DNA of 64,000 nt from Phoronis australis (taxonomy: Eukaryota; Animalia; Phoronida): assembly GCA_002633005.1 (NCBI GenBank), contig NMRA01000149.1:188572-252571 (forward strand), in the 5' to 3' direction. The notes under the pieces were generated by a model. The model was given only the letters and a program-made list of their open reading frames with translations. It was not told the origin of the DNA and did not search any database. Every line of letters begins with the position of its first letter. Position 1 is the stretch's first letter. Made by a program: the position numbers and the translations under genes. This document shows, piece by piece, positions 38,929 through 52,482 of the stretch.

Positions 38929-40805
38929 ATTATTATTATTATTATTATTGTTGTTGTTATTGTGGTGCTTCTAATTCCCCCAAGTGTACAAAATATGTTA
39001 CATTAAGTTACTCTTTGATCAGCTGACTAAAGGCCCTTTCATATTGACTTACATACTGTCTGAGCCGAAGTTAACTGGACTGATCATACTGGCTTCAGTA
39101 GTTAATGAACATCGAAGTAAACGGTAGGTGACAATTTGGGAATACTAACATGTGCTAATTGATATAAAAATTATATTTAAATCAATTTGTGATTATTAGA
39201 GCAAAATATAATCAACTATTAGCGACGGCACTACCCTGTAATTGTTGACAATAACAGTGGCACCTGGCGAAAGGATCGAAGTTGATCGTTCATACTGCTC
39301 CGCAGCGTTGATGCTCCAGTCTTAAATCCACCTGTCTAGTGCGAAGTTAACTGCAGCTGTTAACTTCGATCCCAAAGTTAAGCGTTCATACCGACCGCAA
39401 CTCCCCAAAACATCAACACGCTGACGTAAGTATGAAGGGCCCTTTACACTTTCGTTAGTAGGCCTACTGTACATAACCAAGCATTTGAATAGAACACAGT
39501 CTTGACTATTAACTGTGTGTAGCAATATTCTAACAATTTCCTAACAAAATAAATGGTGATCGAAAACAAGGCACTGGCAAATGGTAGAAATTGTGAAAAA
39601 ATAATCATCTGTATATATATATATATGTGTGTTTTTTGCACAAACGCAATGGAGATGATTCCCTTCGCCTTGCCACAGTTTCGCATTTAGACATATAGTT
39701 GACACGGAGCAAGATGTTCGGGCTTAAGTTGCTCTACCTCTCAAATGGGTGACAGTTTTCATCTTGCCACAATTTCTGAGTGATGTTAGTGCAAACCGTT
39801 GCTTGACACAAGCTTGACATGATCACCTTGTGCCTGACATGATCATCTTGCACCAGATCAATTNTATTATTATTATTATTGTTGTTGTTATTGTGGTGCT
39901 TCTAATTCCCCCAAGTGTACAAAATATGTTACATTAAGTTTTGCTTTAATGACTCTTTGATCAGCTGACTAAAGGCCCTTTCATATTGACTTACATACTG
40001 TCTGAGCCGAAGTTAACTGGACTGATCATACTGGCTTCAGTAGTTAATGAACATCGAAGTAAACGGTAGGTGACAATTTGGGAATATTAACATGTGCTAA
40101 TTGATATAAAAATTATATTTAAATCAATTTGTGATTATTAGAGCAAAATATAATCAACTATTAGCGACAGCACTACCCTGTAATTGTTGACAATAACAGT
40201 GGCACCTGGCGAAAGGATCGAAGTTGATCGTTCATACTGCTCCGCAGCGTTGATGCTCCAGTCTTAAATCCACCTGTCTAGTGCGAAGTTAACTGCAGCT
40301 GTTAACTTCGATCCCAAAGTTAAGCGTTCATACCGACCGCAACTCCCCAAAACATCGACACGCTGACGTAAGTATGAAGGGCCCTTTACACTTTCGTTAG
40401 TAGGCCTACTGTACATAACCAAGCATTTGAATAGAACACAGTCTTGACTATTAACTGTGTGTTGCAATATTCTAACAATTTCCTAACAAAATAAATGGTG
40501 ATCGAAAACAAGGCACTGGCAAATGGTAGAAATTGTGAAAAAATAATCATCTGTATATATATATATATGTGTGTTTTTTGCACAAACGCAATGGAGATGA
40601 TTCCCTTCGCCTTGCCACAGTTTCGCATTTAGACATATAGTTGACACGGAGCAAGATGTTCGGGCTTAAGTTGCTCTACCTCTCAAATGGGTGACAGTTT
40701 TCATCTTGCCACAATTTCTGAGTGATGTTAGTGCAAACCGTTGCTTGACACAAGCTTGACATGATCACCTTGTGCCTGACATGATCATCTTGCACCAGAT
40801 CAATT
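38929..40805. repeat. ~935-bp tandem duplication joined by a single N (39864)
   Basis: 38929-39863 and 39865-40805 are nearly identical (a few substitutions and one ~10-bp indel); the unit starts at a (TAT)n microsatellite. Confidence 0.92.
39032..39441 (+). mobile_element. Harbinger/PIF-like MITE, copy 4 (repeated at 39974-40383 by the duplication)
   Basis: TIRs ggccctttcata / tatgaagggcc; internal palindrome cgaagttaac-tgcagct-gttaacttcg (39342-39368). Confidence 0.8.
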
Positions 40806-41279
40806 TGCACCATGTCACAGTTGATGTTAAACAGGAAGAAAACCCCACTAGATCAACAAATTATTAATAATCCCTCTTGGGGAGCACCAATATCCATAAT
40901 TTGTTGGCGTTATTTGGTCAGTTATATCTTCATTTCTCAATCAGGCTCAGGTGAACATAAGGCAAGGCTTGATGGATGATTGAATAGGACGTTACTGAAG
41001 ATTACCAGCTCACATTCCATCAGCATTACCTTGACGCTTGGTCAACTCTCAGTATCACACTTAACGCAATTAGTCATCCTTTAATTTAATCAATTTTCTG
41101 ATGGAGAGCGGCAAGCTACTGTCTTGAACTCCTACTAACCTAAGACTTAAGTTATGCTAAAGTAACGAGATTTTGCTGGTGAGGCTTACCACAGTCTTAT
41201 TATAGGTTACCCACTTGTGCATATATAGGTTACCCATCTGTGCCCAGATTTGTAGTTCAATAAAAATAAGTAACTTACA

Positions 41280-42180
41280 ACAGTGACAGGGAGGGAGCGA
41301 CAACTGTGCATCTCAAAATAAGATGTGCTCATTCTTCCAAATATTTCCACGGTGGTCGGATCCTTCATAAATCGACATCAGTTATGCGGGCTCTTGTAAT
41401 TAGGAACACAGACACCAAATTTTACAAAAATCCGTCAAAGAACTCGGCAGATATTCAGACAAATGCACAGAAAACTAAAATTTCTACTAGGGGCACTAAT
41501 GTAGAAGTGCCTTAAAATTAAATCCAGCCATGTTCTCCTCAATAGGGACACATCTGCCATGACTTAGATTCTTCAAGTGGTTTGGGGAAAGACAAGCAGA
41601 CACCAAAAACAGACACCAGAATAACAAAAAGGTCAGTGGAAGGGCTGAATCCATCTGAAACCTGGCAGATACTGCTGTTGCCTTCATTAAAACCCATATG
41701 TCAAATTTCATGAACATTAATTTAGGGACTTGATAGAAATTAAGGTATAGGGAAAGAAAACCTCAAGTGTCATTTGGAGAAGCCATAGTAGACAAAACTA
41801 TTGCGAAATCAATATAAGCCATGCTCTCATCATGAGGAAAAACAAAACAAATTTCATGAATAACTATCAAGGCAAAACGAAACAAAATTACCACGAGGGG
41901 AAGCCATGGGTTTTGGACTAATCCAAAAATCAAGGTTAGCTGTAGTCTACTGCAAATGATCAAATTTACCAAATTTCATTAGGATACATTAAGGAACTTG
42001 TTAGATATTAAGGCAACAGACGAAAATGCCACAAGGGTGTGCTACTGCAGTGTAACCTATCCAAAAGTCAACATCAGCTATGAGCTCCAAAATAGGAACA
42101 CATCTGCAAAACTTCATAATGGTCTTTTGAGAAATTTATCAGATATAGATCGGGAGGCAAAAAGAGATTTGAAAATAGAA
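41280..42180. mobile_element. Old, diverged copy of the HINE-type ~145-bp subunit array
   Basis: Recurring aaaactaaaatttctactaggggcac, aattaccacgagggg and aatgccacaaggg, with acaccaaattt / caaatttcatga blocks at roughly 140-bp spacing. Confidence 0.6.
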
Positions 42181-45100
42181 AACGTTGCATCCATTCAACT
42201 TAGTATCATGCCATTTTGACATATTAGACCCTGTCAAATAATAAGAATGCAAAAAAGTGCAAAGCGTGTTTGGGTTTTTTTTTGGGAACATTTTTTGTGC
42301 TTTGACAGTGAATTTCTTGCGAACTCGCTGGAGCAGGACACCGTGAATTGTATTATAAGAAAGAACAATTTCTCATGGTTTGTTGAACCCGTTTTGAGAA
42401 AATTTATTGAGTTATGTGATTGATATGGACGGCGGAATCGAAGCACCCGTGGAATTTCTAGTCCCGAGTGTCACACCTTGTAGTATTATATGTAGTGTAT
42501 TGGGGACGCGATCAGAAGATGAGGACGCCTGTGCCTCCACCATGCCTCAAGTAGACAAAACTAACATTTTGCAGAAGTAATTCTAAAATGGAGAAGAATT
42601 CTTTAATCATTAGATTAGATGAGATTAAAACTTTTGGACCTAATGATGGGAATTTTGCATGATTTTTAAATAATTTTCCATACAGGAATGGTGCCAACAT
42701 GCAATCCCAAAATCCAAGCCATTGAGGCCCCTGACCACCTTCAGGAAGAATGATCAGCTACCTGAACATGTCCGCTGCTAAACGATCATCGATTCAATGT
42801 CAGAATCATGCCGCCCCCACACAGATTAGCTTCTGAAAGAACTCCATTACCATGGAAATGCAAGGTAGATTTTTTCCATGAAAAGTACTCTATGCACCAC
42901 CTAGTACTGCCACTTCACACAGCAGGAATTAAATGACAAGAATGTGACTAGAGCACAAGAGCTAAGAAGTACATATACACCTTAGAGTGATATCTCACAC
43001 CCTAGCCAACAAAAGTACATAGAGACTGCAATGACCTGGACACACATGACTTATTTAACACCTGTATCTGATGGGCAGCCAAATGCTTTATGGGAGAAAA
43101 AACAGCATTTTCAATTGCAAGACGCAATCTTTCGGCACGTGGTACTACAGTACAGTCAGAGAAAATCAGTTGAAAGAAATGCGATGAGCAGTAGAAAGGC
43201 ACATCTAAACGGAAACAAAGTACATCAAAAAGACAACAAAGTTCGACTGATCACGATGCACAGAAAATGCTACATTGTACTTGGGATAAAAAATGTACTT
43301 GAATGAATCTAAAAATGGAGTCATTTCACAATGTAGGAAGCGGCCTCTCAACACACGATTTAAGCTCAAAATTCAAAACACTGAATCCTTAGCCTACAGC
43401 CAGCAATTACTTCTGATCTATAATAACATAATCAAAAGATGCTTAATATTCAATCGATGTCTATGCAGCCTCGGTCATTTCTCAATATTCAACCATCCTC
43501 ATATAAAATACGAAGGACCCATGTGTTTCAAGTCACATGACCTGGAGGCCGCATCAACGAAGCAGCTGTCATTTATTGATTTAACGCAGTCTGCCAGTTC
43601 ACACTGTCTAACAAAGAAACTGGCATGCCAGAGTATTGGAAAATACCATAGGAAGAACTGAACTGCATATAGCTCATTTTTGCACAAACTTCTTTAATGT
43701 TAAATATTTATTTACCGGTGTGTAGATTTCATTTCTGTTCATCCCATCTGTCAGTCAAGAAAGATGTCATTTCAGACATGGACTCGTATTATGACTACGA
43801 TATTCCATAATCAAACAATTTTTATTGAATAATTAGTATACGATATGTGAGAACAACATTTCACAAGGACTTTTTGTTCGACAGTTCGCCATGATCAAAA
43901 TGGACTTAGAATGCTCCTCAACTTTAATCCATTTATGAGCACTAACCCACACATAATGCTGCACACTTAAGTTGTGTCACAGACATTCACTACATGTTGG
44001 TAAAGATATCTACAGAGCTAGCTTTTGAATGACTTAAAATGGCATTTCTTACAAACTGTTGAAACACTGGTCAAAAGGGCCTTTGGCATTATAGAGTTAG
44101 TTCCCTAGGCTAACAGTAACAGTCTTTCTCGGCCACAAGAATTTTAGTCCCATGCAATGCCAAAGGTGATTCAGAACGGTCTAAATTTGGTACGGTACTA
44201 AAGTCAGTCCTAACTTAGCCCCCACTTCACACAAGTACGGAGTTCTTCCCAGCAGGGAATTAGCCAGGATACTGATATTGCCCGTCAACTAAAAGCAGAG
44301 AGTTGTCACAATTTGCGAGGCACATATATTAGTGAGTGATGCCTTCGCTGGAGTGTTTTGTTTCCTGACGCCGACGAACTTACTCGTTCACAGGTTGTCC
44401 GACAATGTCCACTGAGACACAGATGGTAATTCAGAGGAGCATGCAGTACCCTAGTGTCTTGGTAAAAAGCAAGATTTCTGAAGTTATGACGCCACGTGTT
44501 TACGACGGGACTACAAGATTTTGGATGAATTTCTCGGCGCGAGTTACTTACTGAATGCTCCCCATAAACATAGCCTCGAATAACTTTGATGGAAATCTTG
44601 ATTACAATACAAGAAGTTGGTCGAGTAAGTCGGTTTATAACTTGCATTTTAGGTAGGCTATAAACTGTCAGATCAGAAACCCGAGATACAAGCCATGTAG
44701 TATGTAAGGGCAGCTCACGTCAGACAGAATTTCTCGGTTTGATCTAGGATCCAAAATAATTTTGAATTCTAAGTTTGATCAGCTCAAAATGGGAGAAGCA
44801 AAATGCAAACAGCGTTCTGGGAAGCCATCTTCCACCGGAACGTGCTGCAATGTGAAATATATATCAACAAGAAGGAAGTCGGAGAGATCAGGAAATAATG
44901 AACAATGAAGCTGGACCTTGCAATATTATCAACAAGGCATGCACAGGAGACAGAAATATGATGGTTATCTTGAGAACTGGAAATCATCATAATTGAATGG
45001 CATAGTCAGATTTTGTTAATGAATGACACACATGTCCTGAGGAAATGTGACAGATTATGCCTTAGTCAGTCTAGAATGGAGGCCAATTCCCTCGATTCAC

Positions 45101-48100
45101 AATCAGCTTTGCTCTCCTCCACTAACCACATCAAAACGACTGATTTGCCTACAGGACTGTTTTATCTTGTTTTGCATTTCTACGTCACTATTAGTTTCTG
45201 AACTTACTTCATCGTCATAAAGACTTGTACCATTCAGCAGTAACCAAGCAACATTTAGTATAATTTTGAACATTTACTCACTGTAATGAGCATGTGAAAA
45301 ATAGAAAATCAGCAATGTTAGGAATTGATTTTTGACACAAATTGAAGAATTTTTACCATACTTCATTTGGATGTGGATTTTCATAAGAATGTCAATTTTT
45401 ATGAACATCCCTAATGAAGGGCATCTCAGCTGTGTCCCGGCTAGTACTAATCAACGATCCTTCTTATCACAGAATAGAAGTGCAAATGGTACTTGACTGT
45501 ACTGGCATTAACAATTCTGGGGATAGACTTCAGGAGACACTACGGTATATCTGAAATAAAAGCAGATCTTTGTACGAGGCTAAATTTGACCATATCAAAT
45601 GATTGCAGCTAGCTGAACCTCCACAGTAGTCTACAAAGAATAATTAAAGCGGATAAAAAGTATTATTTGGTTTAGGAAATTGGGGTCAAATTATTATTTC
45701 CCGTACCAGGCATAGTCTCGCACAATAACTGTCAGTGCTTCCCAAGTCCAGATACCACTCAAACCTGAGTTAGGAAAAAGATGAAATCTACCATAATTTC
45801 ATAGAGGGGGAAAGTGGACTAAATCAAAGGTTTATTGCCACATAAATAATTTCAAGTAGAGCTATTTCAAAAAAAAAAATCATTCAAGGAAGAATTTCTG
45901 AAAAGAAAAATAAATATCACCTCTAACCCAAGACTAATACGATAGCCATTCTGTATACACTACCTTATCATCAGAACAGTTCACTGTTGTACCTTTCCAC
46001 ATTTCAGCCAAAGTCCAATATGATCAATTTTACAGAAACAAACCTTATCACATGTTCAGGAAGATCAGCTGTGACAAGGACAACAACAAAGACAGTGACA
46101 CAGCATGAGTCATTGGAGAAAGGCCAAGGGAATTAAGGTCGTATTTGTAGCCCTCCATATGGTTAGTCACAGCTGTTAATCAAACCAGACATGGAATATT
46201 TGGTTATATATCCGCCATAGCTGTACCCAAGCAGATTCCACACATTTAGGAACACTGCAGAAATTAACAATCATATTCTAGTGCCTCACTTACCAGTCAT
46301 GAAGTTTGTGACCCCATCCCTAACATAGGTGGAAACTGAATATTAGTTGAGACAAAGGGCTTTCCCACTGATTGGGTCATACCAAGTGACAATTTCAGAC
46401 AGGGGTGTTCAATGACAAACAAAGAGCATAAACGGGTGATACCATTTTACTTCCTGTTTACACAGAGTCATAACATGTTTGTCCATATTTATAAATCAAT
46501 ACATGAAAACGTAATGAGCTTCAGGCAAGATTCAAGAGCAAACAAAAGGGCAGTGGTCCACTCCTGACTAGTTACTTGTATCATCTTAATTATAATACAC
46601 CACCACTAATATGTTTAATGGACTACTGAACTTGATTTGCACTTACACCTACAATGACTTGCACTAGAATACTAAGAAATGAACAACTCGGTTTCATGGT
46701 TCAGTGTTCAAGACGCCTATAGCTGAGGTAATGAGTAAATACATAAGGCAAAGATGTAAGGTAATTTTTTTTACCAAGTAATTATAGTCAAAGGTTACAG
46801 GTGAGGCTTAATGCTGAGGATCATAACTGCAAAGACAGCTTTGATACTGAAACCGAAAATACTTAACAAAAACTGAGGTCACTAAATAAATCAAAATTAC
46901 CTCAGGCAATAACTAAAACTATTAAAACTGTATCTAGGGCAATTGCCCTAGGAGCGAGATGATCGGACGTAATAAGCCATCTTCTCGACAAAACTTAAAA
47001 TCGCATTTCCCCGGTTTTAACTACCAAAAAAATGAAAAATGAATTAAGCCACTTAAGCTCACTGAATTAGTCTCACGATATTGAGATTAACTTAAGAACA
47101 GAGTTTATTATGGTTGACCAACCATAAAATTGTAAGTTCAAGTTGAGTAGCTATGTCATACAATTCAGGATCTGATAAATTGTCATCATGTTTTTAAGCC
47201 CCAATTAGTTTTCATTTCATTTAACATCGATGGCAAATAGCAAAAACCACATCTTTAAACTGGTGCACCTAGACAGCAGTAAGTCACAACTTATCAAATC
47301 TGTCTGAGGTAGTACAACTTGTGCTAGATTGTCTTGTCCCTAGTACAAGCGCACAGGTGGACAGTAGTCCCTTCAAGGAGAAGGTATAGGTGTAGACTTG
47401 TGCAAACACTTTACTTTTGTGTGGTAATGTAACCTCTTCATCACTGCTGTTATGCCGTGACCCCCCCCATGAGTTTCCCGATTTCGGTGATCGGAAACTC
47501 GGGTCACAGCCGCGTCGTTATCAGTCTAACAATGACAACAACAGGAGAAAGTCGGCAAACCAATATTTACATAGTCCAGCGCTCTCATTGTCTACGTTCA
47601 TTTGATAAGCTTGCGTAATCCAGCAATTGTAAATAGCGCGCCTGACCCCAAGCAATATTTAAAAAATATTATTTGCAAACAACTTTAAACAAATATCACG
47701 AAGAACATGCATTTTTTATGGAAGACTATCACCAAAAAAAACTTCGAACAAAGAAAAATGGGTCGACTTCCGGAGAAATTTCACCTTCTGATTCAAATTC
47801 CTCCACATGCATTGTCTACCAATACAATAGGCTTGTTTGCCAAGTTTAATCGAGTGCAGTCTAGATCAGGTGTTGTATTGGAAATTTCTTGGTTTTAACA
47901 TTCCAGGGGAATGGTATGTAATAGGGGATACTCAGCTAATCAGGAACAAGTTAGCTGCAGGTGAACCTAAGCGATAACAATTGGTCATCTGGACATCACT
48001 AAAGAAGACAATTTTACAAAAGTACACGGCTTATGTAGTTTCAGTCCAGTCAGACAAGTAACGGTAGGTATGATTTACTTGTTCTCGCCAATAATGAATT

Positions 48101-48429
48101 AGTCTTTACCATCAACTGTACTAAGTATTAAATTTTTTTTTTACAACAACTGACAAAACTCTGAATTTTGAAAAATTACGGAATGTTGTGGAAACCTGTT
48201 TTACATTGGCACCACAATCTAAAACCTGTTATCTGTTAACACTCTGAAATAACAGAGAAGTATATGGTGATTACCACAAAATCATTTAAGAGCCTCTTAA
48301 AACTAATTTGTATTGTGGAAAGGCTAGCCAGCTTCAAGAACTGCTGTCAATATTTCAAAAGTCACCAATGTTTATTGGCTCAAACTTTGAAAACAGCAAA
48401 ATGCATAGATACAACTTTACACATAAAGG

Positions 48430-48960
48430 GAATGTTCGCCACCAGGTGTCCCCATATGGACCCTAGAAAAATATTCAAATTTTGTCAACTTTGTCAACAT
48501 CATGAATGATTGAATTCAAATGAAACTTTCAGATGTCATGCTTTATACACTGTTCTACAAAATAATTTTAGTAATTGTCTTTAAAATGTTCCGCTTTTGT
48601 ATGAAGGGCTATGAAAAACCTTTCTTCTATGATTTTCATGAAAAAAACTCAAAAATTGCATAAAACAAAAACAAAGTGTGATTTAGAAAACTGAAACATG
48701 TTTTTTGAGATTTTAACTTGCACACTTACATTAAACAGAATTTGTTTATATTATTGCTGTTGTTTTGCTATCAATATACTGTCTTTTTTGCTAAATTTTA
48801 CTAAAAAGAAATGCTCACGTGACCCAGTTAATGACAGATCGTTAAAAAGTCAAAAATCAAATTCCAGATGTTAAATCTATTTTCAGAAAATATATTTTTG
48901 TGCTTTTTCTAAGTTAAAATTTATAGTTTTGTAGATATTTGGCTAAATATGTAAGAGGCG
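48430..48960 (+). mobile_element. Kolobok-like non-autonomous element, copy without the HINE insertions
   Basis: Collinear with 60950-61012 + 61391-61549 + 63309-63585 (aaaatgttcc.ctttt; ttgcataaa; ttttgctatcaat; tatagttttgtaga.atttggctaa). Confidence 0.72.
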
Positions 48961-50173
48961 GATTTTTTAGAAAACCTGAAAAATACGATAATCCGGGTGC
49001 ATTGACTTTTCAAATTGTAACAGACATTACCCAACAAGTTGATCTGCAGATGTCAAATGTAAGGATTAAATCGATCACAAGGTCAACACACTAAAGAATG
49101 GGCACTTATCAGTTATGTTACACATGTTAATATGACAAGATACAAAGAAATCAAGAATCAAACAAGCATCCCAAAACCTTGGCACAAATGTAGTGTGTAG
49201 TGGTTTCTGCTGCAGGTCTCTGGCACATAATATGAAAATGTATTTAAAGAATGTTTTAGATTCTTTTCAGCTAAAAGGTCTTTAGCAATACTCAGACATG
49301 GAGTTTAGCTCCATTGCTGAAAACTATTCTTAAGCATACTAAGATTGTTGGGTTATGCACCACTAGGCTAAAAAGCAGCAGTCTTATGCCTTCTTTCAAA
49401 ATGTTCACGTTCCATTATCTTTTTGAAACAAAAGTTGACTAAGTACACCCCTATTTCAGGAACTATGCGATATTGTACAGAGAAGCAAATTATTCCATCA
49501 TAATATTGTGTTCGGCATTCAACACTTACCAGGCTCTTAGAACAGTTTTGACATAAAAATACTCAAGTTCCAGCAAGAAAATTCACATTCCCCAAATCTG
49601 GATCAGACAAAGGTTAAAATTCATAATTCCAAAGCAAAAATTGTAAGAGGTAGTAACAAAACTATCAATGGATTAGTATTGTCACAGATTGAAAACCTTT
49701 GTTCAAATAAATTGCAATCTATCTTGGACAGTTGTCAGAATACATTGTCTTTCTTTTGTACCGGTATTTAAGCTTGGTAGGTAACACCATGGTTGTAATC
49801 CTATTATTGTTCAGCTGTGTAATCACTTACAAAGGGTAATAGGCTGACATTGTAGGATAGCTAAGAGGCTTTGCAACAACTCAAACTGACTTGAAAACAG
49901 CTATCAGAAAAGCAAACATTACGATTGCAACAGCAAGCACTGTCCAACCAGGTTTTTGAAAATACAGGTAACCAAGGATACTGAAACCAAGCCTGCGGAA
50001 TGGGTCTAACTATTCTTGAACATAATCGCACACCTGCAAACACCATTTCTGTTCAGGCAAAACAGGATTCCTAGGTTAATAAAAGCAACACAGAGCATGG
50101 ATATGCACCCAGCTTGTGCATCACAAACACTAACTGAATAAGGGGTTCCCATTTTCACATTAGACAGATCCAT

Positions 50174-50320
50174 ACAAAATCAACATCAGGTCTGCAGAGT
50201 CTCCTAATCAGTATACATTGGGACAAATCAACATCAGCTCTGCAGAGTCTCATAATCAGTATACATTAGGACAAATCAACATCAACTCTGCAGTCTCCTA
50301 ATCAGGATACATTAGGACAA
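50174..50320. repeat. Minisatellite, ~3 x 48 bp
   Basis: acaaatcaacatcagctctgcagagtctcctaatcagtatacattagg repeated; followed by a HINE-like fragment (tgtcactagggggaacc near 50378). Confidence 0.88.
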
Positions 50321-51042
50321 AGTTCTTGAAGATCCATCAAAAACTTCGCAGATATCAAGGCAGATGCAATGACAATTTGTCACTAGGGGGAACCATAGTA
50401 GTCAGATCTGACCACAAATCAACACCAGCTGTACTTGCCTCAATGTGCTATAGTAGAACAGCTCGAAAAATGTGGGCCACGCTATGTTCAATTGGGACAC
50501 ATCTAGCAACATTGACGGTAATTCCTCACTCAGTTTGCAGAGAGGGAGACAAGCTCCAAAAATGCACTTAAAATATACAGGTATATGACCATTAAGAGAT
50601 TCAAAAGGCTGGTAAAATTTTACGTGTCTACTTTATGAAAGGGTGGTAATCCTAGTTTTGTAGCATTTATCATTTGCACAAACTGGAAACAATGACTTTA
50701 CTATACAACACCTGTACTTCTAAGCCTTGAGAAAATTTTAATGTCTAGCAATTTTTATTCAGATTTTTAAATTTAAAAACATAAATCTTTAGAGATTATC
50801 TCTATTAATCTGAATCTTAGGGATATTGTCTCAAGGCTTCTAGAATAAATATAAATGCTGCGGAAAAGATTTAGGTGCTTATTAGCCAAAATATGTAGGA
50901 CTTGTACCTAAAATAGTAGCCCCTTCCTGATATTTTCCTGGTGATATCAACTTCCCTAAAGACTAAAACCAACCTTTGTGTAGGAAGGAGTTCAATAGCC
51001 AGAACCTTTCTCGACTTTTGGACAGCTATATTCATAACACTT

Positions 51043-51201
51043 CAGGAGCGGATCCAGGATTTTGAGTTGGGGGGGCTAGGTCAGAGTATTAGCCAGGACA
51101 TAGTCCGTCAGAAATTTGAGCCACCAAAGTGCCAAATGGAATGTGGGAGAATTTCAGGGGGGCCATGGCCCCTTTGGCCCCCCTCCTTGAATCCGCCACT
51201 G
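51043..51201. mobile_element. 159-bp GC-rich MITE with an apparent 5-bp target duplication
   Basis: cactt|caggagcggatcca ... tgaatccgccactg|cactt: imperfect TIR with G/C tracts inside. Confidence 0.75.
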
Positions 51202-51673
51202 CACTTTCCCTGACAGAGGATGATGGATCCACTGTAACTTTACTTGTCTTATTTTAAATTAGTCATCATCCAATGATAGTGAAAGCTGGTAATAGCAGTC
51301 ACTCTTTCCCTGCATTCACATAGGACTTTCACTGCTCTCGGAAAGGACGCCCCCTTTTCATGTTTTTGTGAAATTAGCCACAGCAGTATGTTTGTTGCAA
51401 TGGAAAATTATGGCTTTGTGAAGTGTTGTGAGTGGTTATTTCTGGCTGTCTTCTTTCAGAAAATGGGTCAACAGCTATGGTTATTGATAAAGTGCTCAGT
51501 TTACTAAAATACTTTGCTAATGACTACCAGAAATAGTAGCATTTTCTTAACAACACAAGCCATAGAAACAAATCAAGTGATGACAGTCACTGCTAACGTG
51601 ATCACTAAAGGTGCTTCTTTACACTATTTTGCCCCACCTCATTATTTATAATACAACAGCACTAACCAGTGTT

Positions 51674-51713
51674 TGTGTGTGTGTGTGTAGGTGTGTGTGT
51701 GTGTGTGTGTGTG
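51674..51713. repeat. (GT)n microsatellite
   Basis: Seen directly. Confidence 0.95.
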
Positions 51714-52482
51714 CGCACACGTAAGTAGAAGTTATGCAAATTAGATGTCGGTGGAATTTCTTGATTTAGGGCTAGGAATTGTAAGTATACCTAAAATTTT
51801 CCCATCCCTGTTCTCCAAGCAAAGACTACCTGTCCCCATTCCACCAGCTTCATTCAGATGTCAGATCGATTCAATCAGCAAGGTAATTCGTGTTTGCCAT
51901 TTTAACTCGGTTACATCAGGTGCAACAATCTTTTTTGCACAAATTATTTCCACTAACCTGTGTTATTGCCAAACAACTCAGAATTCCAGCAAGTTATGTC
52001 GTTCAGTACAAATTCCAGCAAAATTACAGGTGTACAATACCTTTGTTTTCTTAGCTATTTCTTTCCTTTTTTTCTGGATTCCCCCAGGATGTGTGAACGT
52101 GCGAGTGTGTGCCTGTGTTTAGTTCAAACTACAATGATTTGTAAATAATTGCTTTATTTCAAATACAGGTTGAACCAAAAAATTACAGATACTCTGAATT
52201 CCAGTAGTTTTGCATTCCTGAGATTAAATTATTTCTTGAAAAATAATATTGAAGTAAATACTAAAAGTATTTTCACTATTCCAGTGCATGAGTATGCCAC
52301 TAGTTGCTGTACATAAACACTAGAAGCTACTCTCCTATCTCATTTCAAGCATATACAGTAAAACTGGAGTGAATATAACACGCACAAACTTTAGCGAATA
52401 TTGACCAAAAGTAGCTTATGGTGACTGTTTACCTCAGTTCATAATTTAATGGTGGTGGCAATATCCTAAAACTTCCAGTCAT

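Noticed and set aside
43002-45201. Cluster of 60-122-aa ORFs
   Set aside because: No homology recognisable by eye, no consistent exon phases, and composition typical of non-coding AT-rich DNA.
46934-46951. Perfect 18-bp palindrome ctagggcaattgccctag
   Set aside because: About 0.2-0.3 such palindromes are expected by chance in 64 kb, and there is no supporting context.
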